Assembly: GCA_002269645.1 (NCBI GenBank)
Contig: NIVC01000215.1
Span: 248,001-312,000 of the forward strand
Direction: 5' to 3'
From: Macrostomum lignano
Taxonomy: Eukaryota
Length of the DNA stretch: 64,000 bases
Shown here: positions 11,684-24,492 of the stretch, piece after piece
Numbering within the stretch: the first letter of the stretch is position 1
Layout: each line of letters starts with the position of its first letter
Program-made: the position numbers and the translations under genes
The notes under the pieces: model-generated
Seen by the model: the letters and a program-made list of their open reading frames with translations, nothing else
What the model was told of the DNA's origin: nothing
Database searches by the model: none

Positions 11684-13813
11684 GCACATATAGTCTGTCC
11701 AGTTTAAGGTATTTTAAACATCTGTAGTGGTTAAATTCAAACTAAGACTCATACTTTTTTGTTTGATTCTGCCAATTCCCGGAGAGTAATAGAGGGAGTC
11801 GGATTGGATATGATCTGATATATCAACTCGGCAGGTTAACTCGTGTGCAATGAGCTGAACTGCACGCACTCGCTGTGGGATTCAAGTGCGCAGAGATTAC
11901 TCGGCACAATTATCGGATTCGATCAACTGAAATATTCGTATCGATTGAATTATTGAATCAACCAAGGACAGGGGATTAAGAGGTCTAGCGGCTCTGGCAG
12001 TTTTTTTATTTCTATTTTGATTAAGTTTGTCTAGCGTTCATCAAGTTCAGTAACGGACAGTTTTGCACTTCTTCAATAGATATTCTTGGTCTGCTGGCGA
12101 ATTTAAGTGCAGCTTTTTCCTTCCTTCTCTAAAGCATTATGGAAATGCGCTAACAGCATCTCGGTTTCCCAGGACACGCTTACTCTCAGTAAGACAAATT
12201 AAAAATGAATTAACGACACCCACTTGAGCATAGGGTATAGTTCTCAACCCCCTTCATCACAGCTAGGACAAACACGCGATTCCTTTACGAAGGCCCAATG
12301 AATAAACAGAAACTTTTTTATGTGTAAAACATAAAGACTTTTACAACTCACTGACAAAAACATTCTCAGGCCCGATCAGAATTTCGTACAGTTGCTTTCC
12401 GGAAAATTCTGTGATGTTTCTCACGCACCGATCGAACGCTCCGCTGGTCTTTGTGTCTGCGCTCGGATCCTGCGGCGAACAGACCCGCTTCATCACTTTG
12501 TCTAGGCCGTGAACAAACGTGAGCACCGCATCGTAAACAAATTGCACCTTGGACTCTTGCTTGAACTGCTTGATGTCTATTCTAAGATTTTCACCGCAAG
12601 ACTTCTGTTGTCTCTTGGGCGATACCAGCGATTGATGAGTTCGACTCAAAACACAATTGAAGTTTTGTTCCCAAAATCGATCGAAAAAGCGATTAGAGTA
12701 CATGTTGCTCTTTGTCCCATCCGCCGAGTGAATTTGCCTTGGCTGATTCGGTCGCAGAGAGGCAAAGTATTGATTGAATCCGGGTAGTTCACTGGCTGCT
12801 ACCTCCAGGGTGACAGCGCCGTCCGCCGCCCTGGAGTTGTTGGCCACTGGCCGGTAGCTCTTGCCCCAGCCGTCAGCTGAGAGCCATACAAACCGGCCTG
12901 CGCTCACGTTTGCCCGACTCACCGCGTCAAGAAACAGCTCGGTGTGGTCCTGCCGAGTGAACAGCACAACCACCCGAGCCCTCGGCTGGTCTAGAAGTCT
13001 CTGAACAATGCCGTCCAGTTCCCGGGCGCTGGGCTCGCTGCCAACCAGCAGCCGCTCGGCTGTGCACACGCCGCGTTTCTCAGCTTCAGCCTCGAAGCTC
13101 TGAATGCCGCCCTCCCCGTAGTCGCCCTTGCTGAACACGGTAGACACGAAGGTCCAGTTGAAGTGAGCCACGATGTCGGCGAGCGCTCTCGCCTGCTCAG
13201 TGTCCGGTGGGACAGTTCGAGCAAACAGACCGAATCGAGTTTTGTCGCTAAGCGCAGACGACGTCGAAGCGTAGCTGATCTGAGGCAGGGCGAACATTCG
13301 GAGCAAGTTGGCCACCTGAATTGACACCTGACTATAGGCACCACCGACAACACCCAGAATGCGATTCTGTCCGATTTCTTTGCTACCAGAGGCCAGGGTG
13401 CCGCCCTGGGCCGAACAAGTGAGTCCGATATCGTACTCGCTACTCAACGAGCTCTTCACGAACTCCAGTGCCTGCTCCAAGGCGGTGGCCTCGCGAGAAC
13501 AGGTGTCCAACAGCAAGCCACCGAGTCGGATCTTGTGCCGACCGTAGCGAAGCAATTTAGAATCTTTGTTAGCCTCAGCCAGGCTGAAAATCATTGCCTC
13601 TACGCGTTGGATGCCTCTCTGGATGTCGATGGTGCTGCAGTCGATTCGAGTAACCGGGAACAGGCCGCCAAGGGTGACGTCGCCATCGATGGCCACGCGT
13701 TCAACGCGACCTTTCGACTCTGTCATAATAACTGCCCATATAAATAACAGCAAAGAAGTTTTACTCATCCTGAAAGCTGTGTCTAGTCCTGCGGTTTTTT
13801 GTTGGCCAAGCAT
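5928..13813 (-). CDS. GRM: Metabotropic glutamate receptor (class C GPCR), group II-like; exons 13813-12352, 10564-10290, 10132-9914, 8798-8698, 8216-7854, 7277-7055, 6846-6666, 6340-5928
   Basis: All seven GT-AG junctions are phase-compatible; Venus flytrap motifs QRVEAM, YSQVSIQVANLLR, PQISYASTS, ADGWG, ESKVQFV; cysteine-rich domain; 7TM motifs TPVVKASGRELSY, LTKTNRIARIF, PENFNESKFIGFTMYTTC, LFAPKLYII. Confidence 0.95.
6494..6678 (-). repeat. 22-bp tandem repeat (8 full units plus a partial) spanning the mGluR exon 7 3' end and its splice donor
   Basis: Plus-strand CATGGCAAACTGACTCACTC(T/A)G starts at 6494, 6516, 6538, 6560, 6582, 6604, 6626, 6648, 6670; minus-strand unit contains (C/T)GA|GTGAGT-type donors. 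Confidence 0.95.
7375..7592 (-). mobile_element. tRNA-derived SINE, copy 2 (mGluR intron)
   Basis: Reverse complement gives TAGCCTAGTGGTTAG, GGTTCGATTCTCGACCC, TTGAGCAAGAACGCTTAACTCTGCATTGCTTCAGTTCACCC; matches copies 1 and 3. Confidence 0.85.
9465..9750 (+). repeat. 20-bp minisatellite, about 14 copies
   Basis: TTCATCGATGCCATTCTGAA repeated almost perfectly, no spacers. Confidence 0.95.
10635..11150 (+). repeat. G-rich 18-bp minisatellite in mGluR intron 1
   Basis: GTGGGGTGGTGAGGCTCT units, more degenerate at the left end. Confidence 0.95.
11357..11683 (+). mobile_element. tRNA-derived SINE, copy 3, with long (ATT)n tail
   Basis: B box GGTTCGATTCTCG, same central domain as copy 1, (ATT)n at about 11603-11683. 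Confidence 0.85.
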
Positions 13814-15807
13814 GTTAAGTGACGAAACTTCTAAGAAACAGCGCCAGCTGAAATCACGTCGGAGGAGCTGCGAATTAACTTAGAAGGGCCGTCTCCCATT
13901 GGCTGGGAAGATATGCAAGGATTAGTTAGGAAAGAGAACTTTGCTTGTACAGAGCCGCGGATTTTGGTACCAATTTTATTTTTATTGTCGACTTGAGACC
14001 GACGGATTATTAATGAAGATGGGGAGCCTCCGCACGGTTAGACTCCCTATTGGGTGCAGATTTTTTCACCAGCAAATATGGTACAGAAAGCTGGCTTGAT
14101 AGTAGTTACTCGGAAAGCACAAAACACTGTAGATAAAAGATTATAAAAATTAATCCTATTTTTCATGACCAAAACTGGCATATTTAACGAGATTTTACAT
14201 TGTATTATTAACAAGAAAATCAAATTTGATTTGATTAATTTTTTTACTAAATGACGATTGATTTTCAATAGGCTTTTTCCTCTGCAGAATTTAATCCAAC
14301 GATGGGGGCTGCGTTTGTGTTGTCCGAGGCGTTGCCTATAGCAGCATGAAATTAATAAAAGAATCGGTTGTAGTTGCTCATTTTTTGACAGGAAAATTCT
14401 CTCAGCTCTGTAGACAACGCAACGGAATGAAGTTCTTGTCGCTAGTTGCCATCCTACCGCTGGCTTTAACGACTGCTTTCGTGGGCAGTCGTTATTAAGC
14501 AGAGTTATTAAACCATACCGTAATGCTCTACTTAAAGTAATATTCTAAGGAAGTCAATTTCTTTCAAAATGAGTCATATCTATTTTAGGAATCACGCGTA
14601 AACAGAATGATTTAGAAACCTACATAGTTTGATCAAGGAACCGGATTCCAACAGCTGTATTTGCTTAACCCCATATATGGAAATGCTCAAACATGCATGA
14701 CCGCTTAATCAAACATTTTTGACCTAAGTAAATACCCAATCCCAAACCGGTTTTTCTCCAAAATTTTGCCATAAATATAAGTCAAAATTCGAGTAAAAAA
14801 TTCAGACTCGGAGCGGTCTCTAAAAAGACTCTAAAGAAATAAGAAGACCAATCTCTGAGGGACCACACCTGTCCAATTAGTAAGCGTTTACCCGATTTAG
14901 TTATTTGTTACTAGCGCTAATAAGTTGGTTAATTGAGTTATACGAGAGCAGTTCATTGTCGATACATTTGAGAAAGGCCTCCTTGTTTCCTAGGATATTC
15001 CTAGAGGATTTATTGAGTTAATTGAGTTACCCGTTACGTTTCGGACGTAACGAAGAAGACGCCCTTCAGGAGGACCTATTGCAGACAGTTAGAGAATTCA
15101 ATTGTTCATTAGGGCGCACGTGCACGTTCGATTGTGAATTCAGAGCTCGAGGACCGTCAAGAATTCTGATTCGCTCTCGTTCTGGTCGACCCACAGATAA
15201 AGTTAAGGACACCAAGGAAGAACAGTTGTTCACCGGAACAGGTCGCCGTAACCGCTCAGCAAGCTTGCTATCCCGACGCGCCACAGAACTCCACCGGCTG
15301 CCGACCCCAAGAGGATCCGCTGCAGTAAGTTGTTTGAACTGGTAAATACCTAGGCACTTGCTCCCCAGTGTCTAGAATGACTGATCACCACTCTTAAACT
15401 CTTCATCAAATTTTGATCTTAAACTGATCGCAAATGAAGAAAATGGAAGCGCGGTATCGACTCCCCACCTGCCTGGCCAGGCATTCGTAGTGAAGTTCAC
15501 GTTTCAAGTCAAACCGAACACAACCGGCTATTTATCTGTGGAATTTGCCGCCTCAGCCAGCGACTGCGGCAGCGGATTGATCGACTTTTCCGATTTGATG
15601 ATCAAAGACGCCCAGGCTGGTGCCAACTACTGCTGGAGCAGACCGCCCGTCTTCAATAGGTTTGTGCCAAGTTTTTTCAACCGTTCATTTACACCGGCGT
15701 CAAATGAGCCATTTAAAACATAAAACGAGGCAAAGATTGTTTTTTATGACAATTCAAATGAGACTTGATTAACTAAAGTAGCAAAGCCTGTTGTCTCCAT
15801 AATCCTA

Positions 15808-16372
15808 CGATGATGAAGCGTCACTGTCCCGATAATCCTTCGATGATGAAGCGTCACTGTCTCCATAGTCCTTCGATGATGAAGCGTCACTGTCTCCATC
15901 GTCCTTCGATGATGAAGCGTCACTGTCTCCATAGTTCTTCGGTGATGAAGCGTCACTGTCCCGATAATCCTTCGATGATGAAGCGTCACTGTCCCGATAA
16001 TCCTTCGATGATGAAGCGTCACTGTCTCCATCGTCCTTCGATGATGAAGCGTCACTGTCTCCATAGTTCTTCGGTGATGAAGCGTCACTGTCTCCATCGT
16101 CCTTCGATGATAAAGCGTCACTGTTTCCATAGTCATTCGATGATGAAGCGTCACTGTCTCCATAGTCATTCGATGATGAAGCGTCACTGTTTCCATAGTC
16201 ATTCAATGATGAAGCGTCACTGTTTCCATAGTCATTCGATGATGAAGCGTCACTGTTTCCATAGTCATTCAATGATGAAGCGTCACTGTTTCCATAGTCA
16301 TTCGATGATGAAGCGTCACTGTTTCCATAGTCATTCGATGATGAAGCGTCACTGTTTCCATAGTCATTCAAT
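15808..16372 (+). repeat. 33-bp minisatellite, about 17 copies
   Basis: GATGATGAAGCGTCACTGT(C/T)TCCATAGTCATTC; variant types cluster along the array; lies in a predicted intron. Confidence 0.95.
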
Positions 16373-16829
16373 GATAGGGAGAGCATCACTGTTCAGATGG
16401 TCCTTCGATTAGGCATCGCTGTTTAGGAACAAGTTTAATTGATGGTAAGATGAGTTGAGTACCTATCCATTTGCAGCAACAACTCCGAGTCCATAGACGC
16501 TATCTACCTGGACTTTGGTCGCATGCAGGTGTCACACTTGACTAAACCCGATCCAGCGAGCGTAAGTTACTTTACCTTGCTTCTCAACCCTGTCAAATTC
16601 GCGTAACTAGCTACTGATAGTAGTTAGCCTAATCGATCAAACGCATTAAAACTTCAGTTTACTTTACGCGCCCTTGGTCGAATACGCGCAGGGCCTCTGT
16701 GGAGCCGTGGGGCTTACAGTTGCTCGATTAATGTCACGGCTAGATCTGAGGAGGTATATTCTAACCAGATTGTTATGCAAGCTTCGGTCGATGCCACAAA
16801 TATGACGGATCTGATGGTGCTGGTAAGTA

Positions 16830-17455
<626 letters not shown>

Positions 17456-19189
17456 CAAAGAAAGTACTGCTTTTCGTTCCCCCTTAGAACGACCAGCGGA
17501 ACATTACCATAAACGATCACTCCGGCGACACCGCCCTAGTTCGAATCGGCAGCAGAGTCTATGCAACCCTGACAGTCACTGTGCGAACCAATTTATCTGG
17601 TCCGATGGAATTTCTAGTGCCGAATTTCCGCATCGAGAATGGAAGCGCCGAGACGCCAGCTGCCTCGAACAGGTCGAGCTCCTGGTACTCCATGTCGGAC
17701 CTTTTCAGTGTGGAATCAGTCGACACGGAATTCGTTGGATTCGCCAAGGAACAGTACCGACTGCACCGGATCAGCAGTGCCGGCACAGTCCTGATGGACG
17801 TCGCCCATCTTTACCAGATGATTGTGCAAACAGTCAGCCTGTCGGAAAGCAAAAATCAAGCTGACCACCAGTTTAATGTTACTTTCGGCTTTCAAATTGC
17901 CGACCCCATTTTGGTGAATAACGGGACGATATTTTATTTTGTGGCCTATCTAAGAGTGATAGACTACATAGCAGTTCTAAATAAAAGCGTTCTGATAATA
18001 CGCGATTGCACCGAAGCGGTAAACGCTAATATCCAGGTCGACTCAAACATAGAAAAACTTCAGAAATGGATCCTTGACAGCAGGTACGTATGGTGACTTC
18101 AAGTTAAGACAGAGCAGCTCTGCGGTGAACCCGTACGTCTGACTCGCGCCACCGTGACCCCTGGTTAATTTGGGGTTTTTTTTCAAACGCAAACACATTC
18201 ATTTGGGGTTTGCATACACGAAAACTGGCCAGGTGGGTTGTCGTTGTCGTACGATTCACAGCCATGGGAGCCAGCCCCAAAGCCCAAAGGCAGAGAGAGT
18301 GTACATGCCGGACGATTAGAAAGTCAGGGACGCTGTACATCCCCGAAGGCACAAAGCTGCCTATTTGTTTAACTTAACTGCTGCTTGCTCAACTTTTAGC
18401 GATAACATCGAAATTACGGCCAGAGTGGTCCTTTATAGATAACGCGTCCTCGGCTGGGATGCAGAATCCGGCGTTGTTCTTTCACTTTCCGTCATAACTG
18501 AAGCTGAGCGGGTCGGCTAGCGCCAGCTATGAGTCCGGTAGCATTAGCAACCAGGCTACCGCGGGTGGTGGAATCAAATTTGAAGTAGGTTTGTGTCTGT
18601 GTTTTGCTTCCGACTGACTAAAATGTCTTTAGATTGAGCTATTTGCCTTGGTCTATAGTGTGTCAGGATGAATAGATGAATCTTAGATTATTATTAATGA
18701 CAAGTCTACGCAGCAATGTGTCGTCTAAGGTCTAAGCAGACGCTGCAACTCAATCTCAACTCCAAAGTTCAGCAAAACGGTATTCTTCGACAGTGCGGCC
18801 ACAATCAACTTCACTTTGAAACTCAACGGCAGTCGAGGATTTCCCAGCGGCAGGAGGATATCGTAAGACGCAATTATCTGGGAGATGACCTACCGGATGT
18901 TCACTAGGGAAAGCAATCTAGGGTTGAGGCAGTACGGATACAAGACGCTTATTCTTGAATCGGGCATTGCCAATGCAACATGTGAGTTTTTGATTCTAGC
19001 AGACGCTGCGAAAAAAGCTTGACAAATATTTTGTCCAGCAAACTGAGCATGGAGGTGTCTCTTTGTAGTGCCCTTTCCTCTGTTACCAATGCACCTCAGC
19101 TACCCCTGAGACATGTCGCAGTTTCAATTTTATGATTTGTCAACGATGTCCTAAAGACTGCCAGACTATAAGTGATTCCTACAGACTTA

Positions 19190-19455
19190 AGTGATTCCTA
19201 CAGACTGTCAGTGATTCCTACAGACTGTCAGTGATTCCTACAGACTGTCAGTGATTCCTACAGACTCTCAGTGATTCCTACAGAGTTCAGTGATTCCTAC
19301 AGACTGTCAGCGATTCCTACAGTGATTCCTACTCTCAGTGATTCCTACAGAGTTCAGTGATTCCTACAGACTGTCAGCGATTCCTACAGACTGTCAGCGA
19401 TTCCTACAGACTGTCAGTGATTCCTACAAACTGTCAGTGATATCTGCAGACTGTC
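19190..19455 (+). repeat. About 20-bp minisatellite
   Basis: CAGTGATTCCTACAGACTGT units with small indels. Confidence 0.9.
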
Positions 19456-19827
19456 AGTGCTTCATAAAAGCCCATTTTTTGTCAGATTCTGTCAAAATCT
19501 TTTCCGTTTCTTAAAATTACGAGCGTATGTGTCAATTATTTTGTTAGACTTTGCTGACTTTTTTTTCTTTCAAAGCCTCTCGTGTGGCGTTGTTGCAGCT
19601 GTTTAACTTTCTAGAAAATTCTCTATTCTCCCACGCCCAGTGACAGATGACAATTCAGAATAAGTAAAAAAGGGGAGGCACACACAACTGATGCAGAAAT
19701 GAAGGAGGATAGTACAATTCAGGGTTGCTGTCGATAAAAGTGTCGCTTCTGTTGTAGAGAAAAGGCGCTAGAGGTGAAGTTGAAAGTTGAAACTACTTGA
19801 GTATACATTGTCTGGGACTGCTAAAGA

Positions 19828-20612
<785 letters not shown>

Positions 20613-20626
20613 GTTCGTTAATCTGT

Positions 20627-21578
20627 TCAGCAGCCGGCTCCATCCGTCAGCAGCCGCAGCGTCACCCAGCCCTGATCGGAGGCCGAGTTGCCGCCGTCAA
20701 CTCCAAAGCAGCCGCCTCCGCCGCAGAAAGATCCGCCGCCGCCACCGGCGTGGTAGACACCGCCACCGGCACCGCCGCCGCTGAATCCGCCGCCAGCGCC
20801 AGCAGCCCCCCACGGATCGCCGCCGCCTCCTCCGCCGCCGAAGCCGCCGTCGCCACCGTCGCCGCCGCTGCCGGCTGCGCCGCCTGTCCAGCCAACGCTT
20901 CGATCGCCGCCGGAGTCTCCGTAGCCGGCTTTGACTCGCCGGGCGGCCATGCCGAGCCATCCGGAGCCCAAGCCGCCGTCGAAGTCGGGGTTGAAACCGG
21001 CGGGGCCGCTGCCCGGTTGGCCGCCGGCGCCGCCGAAGCCGGTGTTTGGCGAGTAGGAGCCGATAGTTGAGTCGCTGCCGTTGTGTCCGGAAAGTCCTGG
21101 GCGGCCTGGGAGGCGGTTTGAAAGGAAATCCATCGATTACATGAGTTTTTAGCGCCACACACTACTCAGGAACAGTTTTGGCGCCACCCTCAGAAACATT
21201 GTTAGAGCTCCCACCTGGTGCAAACGTGGAGGCTCCGCCGCCGCCTCCGGCAGCCAGCAGCAGCTCAGCGCTGTCCGTCAGGTAAACAAAGGTGCCGCCG
21301 CCGCCGCCAGCTCCTGCACCCTGAGTTGTCGGCCAGCCGCCAGCCTGACCGACCACGATTGACAGCTTCGAACCGGTCAGAAGGCTAAAATTGCCAACAA
21401 TGAAGGCGCCTTTGCCGCCAGAATGACTTTTGAAGCTGTTGGCTCCGCCAGCTGCACCTGAAGCTTCGATGAGGTAGCAGCCTGAGACGATCATAATTAT
21501 CTTCTGGATGGTTCCGTCCCTGCCTGCGGATGAGTCTGGATTGAGCCGGGAATTTTTTTGTGAAGGCTTTGTTGACAT
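20627..21578 (-). CDS. ALK/LTK-like glycine-rich domain protein; exons (5' end uncertain)-21215 and 21105-20627
   Basis: Motifs GTIQ...GCYLIEASGAAGG, GGKGA, LSIVVGQAG, GGGGGTFV, LLLAAGGGGG, GGGGGS, GWVTLRLL; 109-bp phase-1 intron (G|GTGGGA...CCCAG|GC) joins the two ORFs in frame. Confidence 0.75.
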
Positions 21579-21600
21579 CGATCTCTTTCAATCTATCATC

Positions 21601-23147
21601 TAGACCCCATCAGTGACCCCCCGGTCATAACTAGACCCCATCAGTGACCCCCCTGTTATAACTAGACCCCATCAGTGACCCCCCTGTTATAACTAGACCC
21701 CATCAGTGACCCCCCTGTTATAACTAGACCCCATCAGTGACCCCCCCGGTTAACAGTAGAAAAACCACGCTATTTTCCCATGGGAAAAGACCATGGGGGT
21801 GTATTACAAATACACACGACCCATTTCACGATAGCTCGCAAACCGAATTACCAATTTTCGTAAAAGTCGACCATATGGATCAAAATTTTCCGCCCTTTTC
21901 GACGAACTAACTTTCAAAGTCATCCGACGTCAGCATCGTCGAGATATTCAACGATTCTTACCGAAGACACAGGTGATAAGGACAGCCAACACTACACTGT
22001 ATAAACCTTTGTGGTGAATCCATATTGGCACAATATTCTGGGTCCATCTGTCATAGAGGCCTTTGCTGTCAGCATCACAGGCACCAGGGTCCCCTTCATC
22101 ACCGTCTGGAGCATCGGCGGTGACCGTCGGGACCTACAACAAAAGCACCCGATCGGCATCTCAGAGACGGCTGCGTTCCCAAAACTGAAATGGAAGAATC
22201 CTCTTCTGCATTCAGCATTCAGTCAGTAGACACAATCGGTGAATGAAATGGACGACGGCGACCTGTAGACATACAGGCGACCTTCAGGACCTTCAACGGA
22301 GTGCCACCACGCGGCCCTGACGAGCGGGCAGGCACCCCTAACATGAGGCAAGGCACCAAACCTGGTATGTCTGTATATTTTACAATGATTTTGCACCATG
22401 TTAAATTTGAGAGAATTGACTTCAATTGGTGCCTTGATATAAAAAAATGCTTTAATATCATTTTTGATATGCTGTAATATTGTTTTTGACATGCTGCAAT
22501 ATCATTTTTGACATGCTATGGTATCAATTTTGACATGCTGTAATATCATTTTTGACATGCTGTAATATCATTTTTGAGAAATTAAATATTTGTTATTTTT
22601 TAGTCGCCAGTTAAATCTGTAACTCTCCAATTTAACATGGTGCAAAAGCATTGTATAATATGCTTTGATAGAAAAATCACGATTTTGGCGGTGTCAGCTC
22701 GTCGGGGCCGCGTGGTGGCACTCCGTTGAAGGTCCTGAAGGTCGCCTGTATGCTCCAGACGGTGATGAAGGGGACCCTGGTACCTGGGATGCTGAGAGCA
22801 AAAGTTCCTTCGACTGATATGAATAGTTTGTTGAGCCGACGTGGTTTCATGATGAGATTTTGTGAGCAGAAACTTTTGCCAATGTTGGTGGTTTTTTGCC
22901 ACCAGACACCCCGAGGAGAATCGTTGAATATCTCAACGATGCCGATTTTTCGTGATTCTCGAAGTTGCTTCATTGAATAGAGCGGAAAAATTTTAGGCCG
23001 TGTTCTGGATTTTCATGGCAATTGGTTGAATATTTTTGGAGATCCAGACAAAGGAATAATGTGTGTATCTGAAATACACCCCCATGGTCTTTCTACTGTT
23101 AACTAGACCCCATCAGTGACCCCGGTTATAACTAGACCCCATCAGAA
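21601..23147. repeat. About 31-bp minisatellite interrupted by a foldback element
   Basis: CTAGACCCCATCAGTGACCCCCCTGTTATAA units at 21601-21753 resume at 23099-23147. Confidence 0.9.
21754..23098. mobile_element. Non-autonomous foldback/MITE-like DNA element, about 1.35 kb
   Basis: Ends TTAA|CAGTAGAAA...TTTCTACTG|TTAA; sub-terminal GACCATGGGGGTGTATT on both arms; long internal inverted segments (about 22030-22330 vs 22690-22830); central about 25-bp AT-rich repeats; no transposase ORF. Confidence 0.85.
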
Positions 23148-23203
23148 ACTAGCAATAACTCTGTTTATCTACAAGCTATACACTCGATAAACAACTAGAA
23201 AAC

Positions 23204-23698
23204 TCATCTGCAACCACTCTTAAACACAGCAGTCTTGTTGACAAGCTGGTGTACGTTGGTCTGCTCATCGGGCACCCAAAGCCTCCAGCCATTCTCAGTT
23301 TGAGTCAGATCGTTGAGCTGCACCACCAGCTGGCAAAACCAGACGCTAAAAGAAGTCTTCAAAGTGCGCACCGCCCCGCAGCCCATTATGGTGCAGGCGC
23401 TGAGACACTGGAACTCTTGCCCACACCTGACAGTTGATGAAGCATTCAAAAACGGATTATTGATGGACTCCTTGAATTTTACAGAGCCGGTCAACTCGGT
23501 ATAGGTGCGCTCGAGACTTCTCTCAGAAGCCGAGCAGAAACCTGGGCAAACAGTAATTATTAGAGAGTTTTGCGATGTTGTTTTTTGTGATAAAAGACTT
23601 GAACGATCCTGTCTACAGACAAGTGACTTACCGATAATGGAAAATATTAGCAGACTTTGAAAAAGCGATCGGTGAGAACACATGGTAGACATAGTCAT
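23204..23698 (-). CDS. Small secreted PAN/apple-like protein (or 5' exons of a longer gene); probable 90-bp intron 23631-23542
   Basis: Hydrophobic leader SLFQSLLIFSII, donor G|GTAAGT and acceptor CCCAG|GT in phase; Cys pattern RCGQEFQCLSACTIMGCGAV...WFCQL resembles a PAN module. Confidence 0.45.
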   Translation of the reverse strand: MTMSTMCSHRSLFQSLLIFSIIGKSLVCRQDRSSLLSQKTTSQNSLIITVCPGFCSASERSLERTYTELTGSVKFKESINNPFLNASSTVRCGQEFQCLSACTIMGCGAVRTLKTSFSVWFCQLVVQLNDLTQTENGWRLWVPDEQTNVHQLVNKTAVFKSGCR

Positions 23699-23844
23699 TG
23701 TATAGCTTGATTAGGACAGTGTAGCTTTGTGATATAATGGCGAATTAAAATTTCCTTTTGGGAAGTTTCTTATGGAAAGCAGGAACCTTAAGCAGCCAAT
23801 CAGACGCTTCTCCCATCTGTTCCGATCCTGAGCTGCCTCTTGGC

Positions 23845-24038
23845 GCCCCCCTTTCCAGCAGGCTTGTAGCCCCCCCCTTCCAGCAGGCTTGGCGCCACCT
23901 CCTTCCAGCAGGCTTGGCGCCCCCCCCCCTTTCCAGCAGGCTTGCCCCCCCTTTCCAGCAGGCTTGCCCCCCCTTTCCAGCAGGCTTGCCCCCTCCTTTC
24001 CAGCAGGCTTGGCGCCCCCCTCCTTTCCAGCAGGCTTG
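23845..24038 (+). repeat. C-rich minisatellite
   Basis: CCCCCCTTTCCAGCAGGCTT(GGCG) units with variable C-runs. Confidence 0.9.
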
Positions 24039-24492
24039 GTGCCCTCCCCTGAGACGTGCCCCCTTCCAATCAGAAATCCTGGCTAAAACTCTGAAGCGAT
24101 AATAGAGCAAATTTGAGTTTACCTGAAATCTCTTTAACTGAAAATTGAACAAATACTGACGTAAAGAATCTATTTGCAGCTTGCAGCAAATCGTTAGGAA
24201 TGAACAACACAATGCAGGACTGCTAGATCAGCAGCTTCATGCAGTCGTCTAACTCGAGTCGTAGCGGCGTCCATGCTCGGCCCAACTCGGTTGGCTGGGT
24301 TCCGCACGTTCGAGGTGGAAGCTACGCCATCATCTATCGCTTCGTCGCCGTTCTGTTTGGCAGCCTCAGGCGGGTCAGCAGGATTGCGGTGCACGCTGAT
24401 GCCACCGGCAACCGATCCAGCTGTCTGAATGTTTATAAAACGATGGACGGTCGAACGTTTGCGCTGGTTGGAACGGTGAGTTTTCGGTTATA

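Noticed and set aside
20627-21578. Bacterial PE-PGRS-like gene acquired horizontally
   Set aside because: Has a phase-compatible GT-AG intron and motifs of the animal ALK/LTK-like glycine-rich domain.
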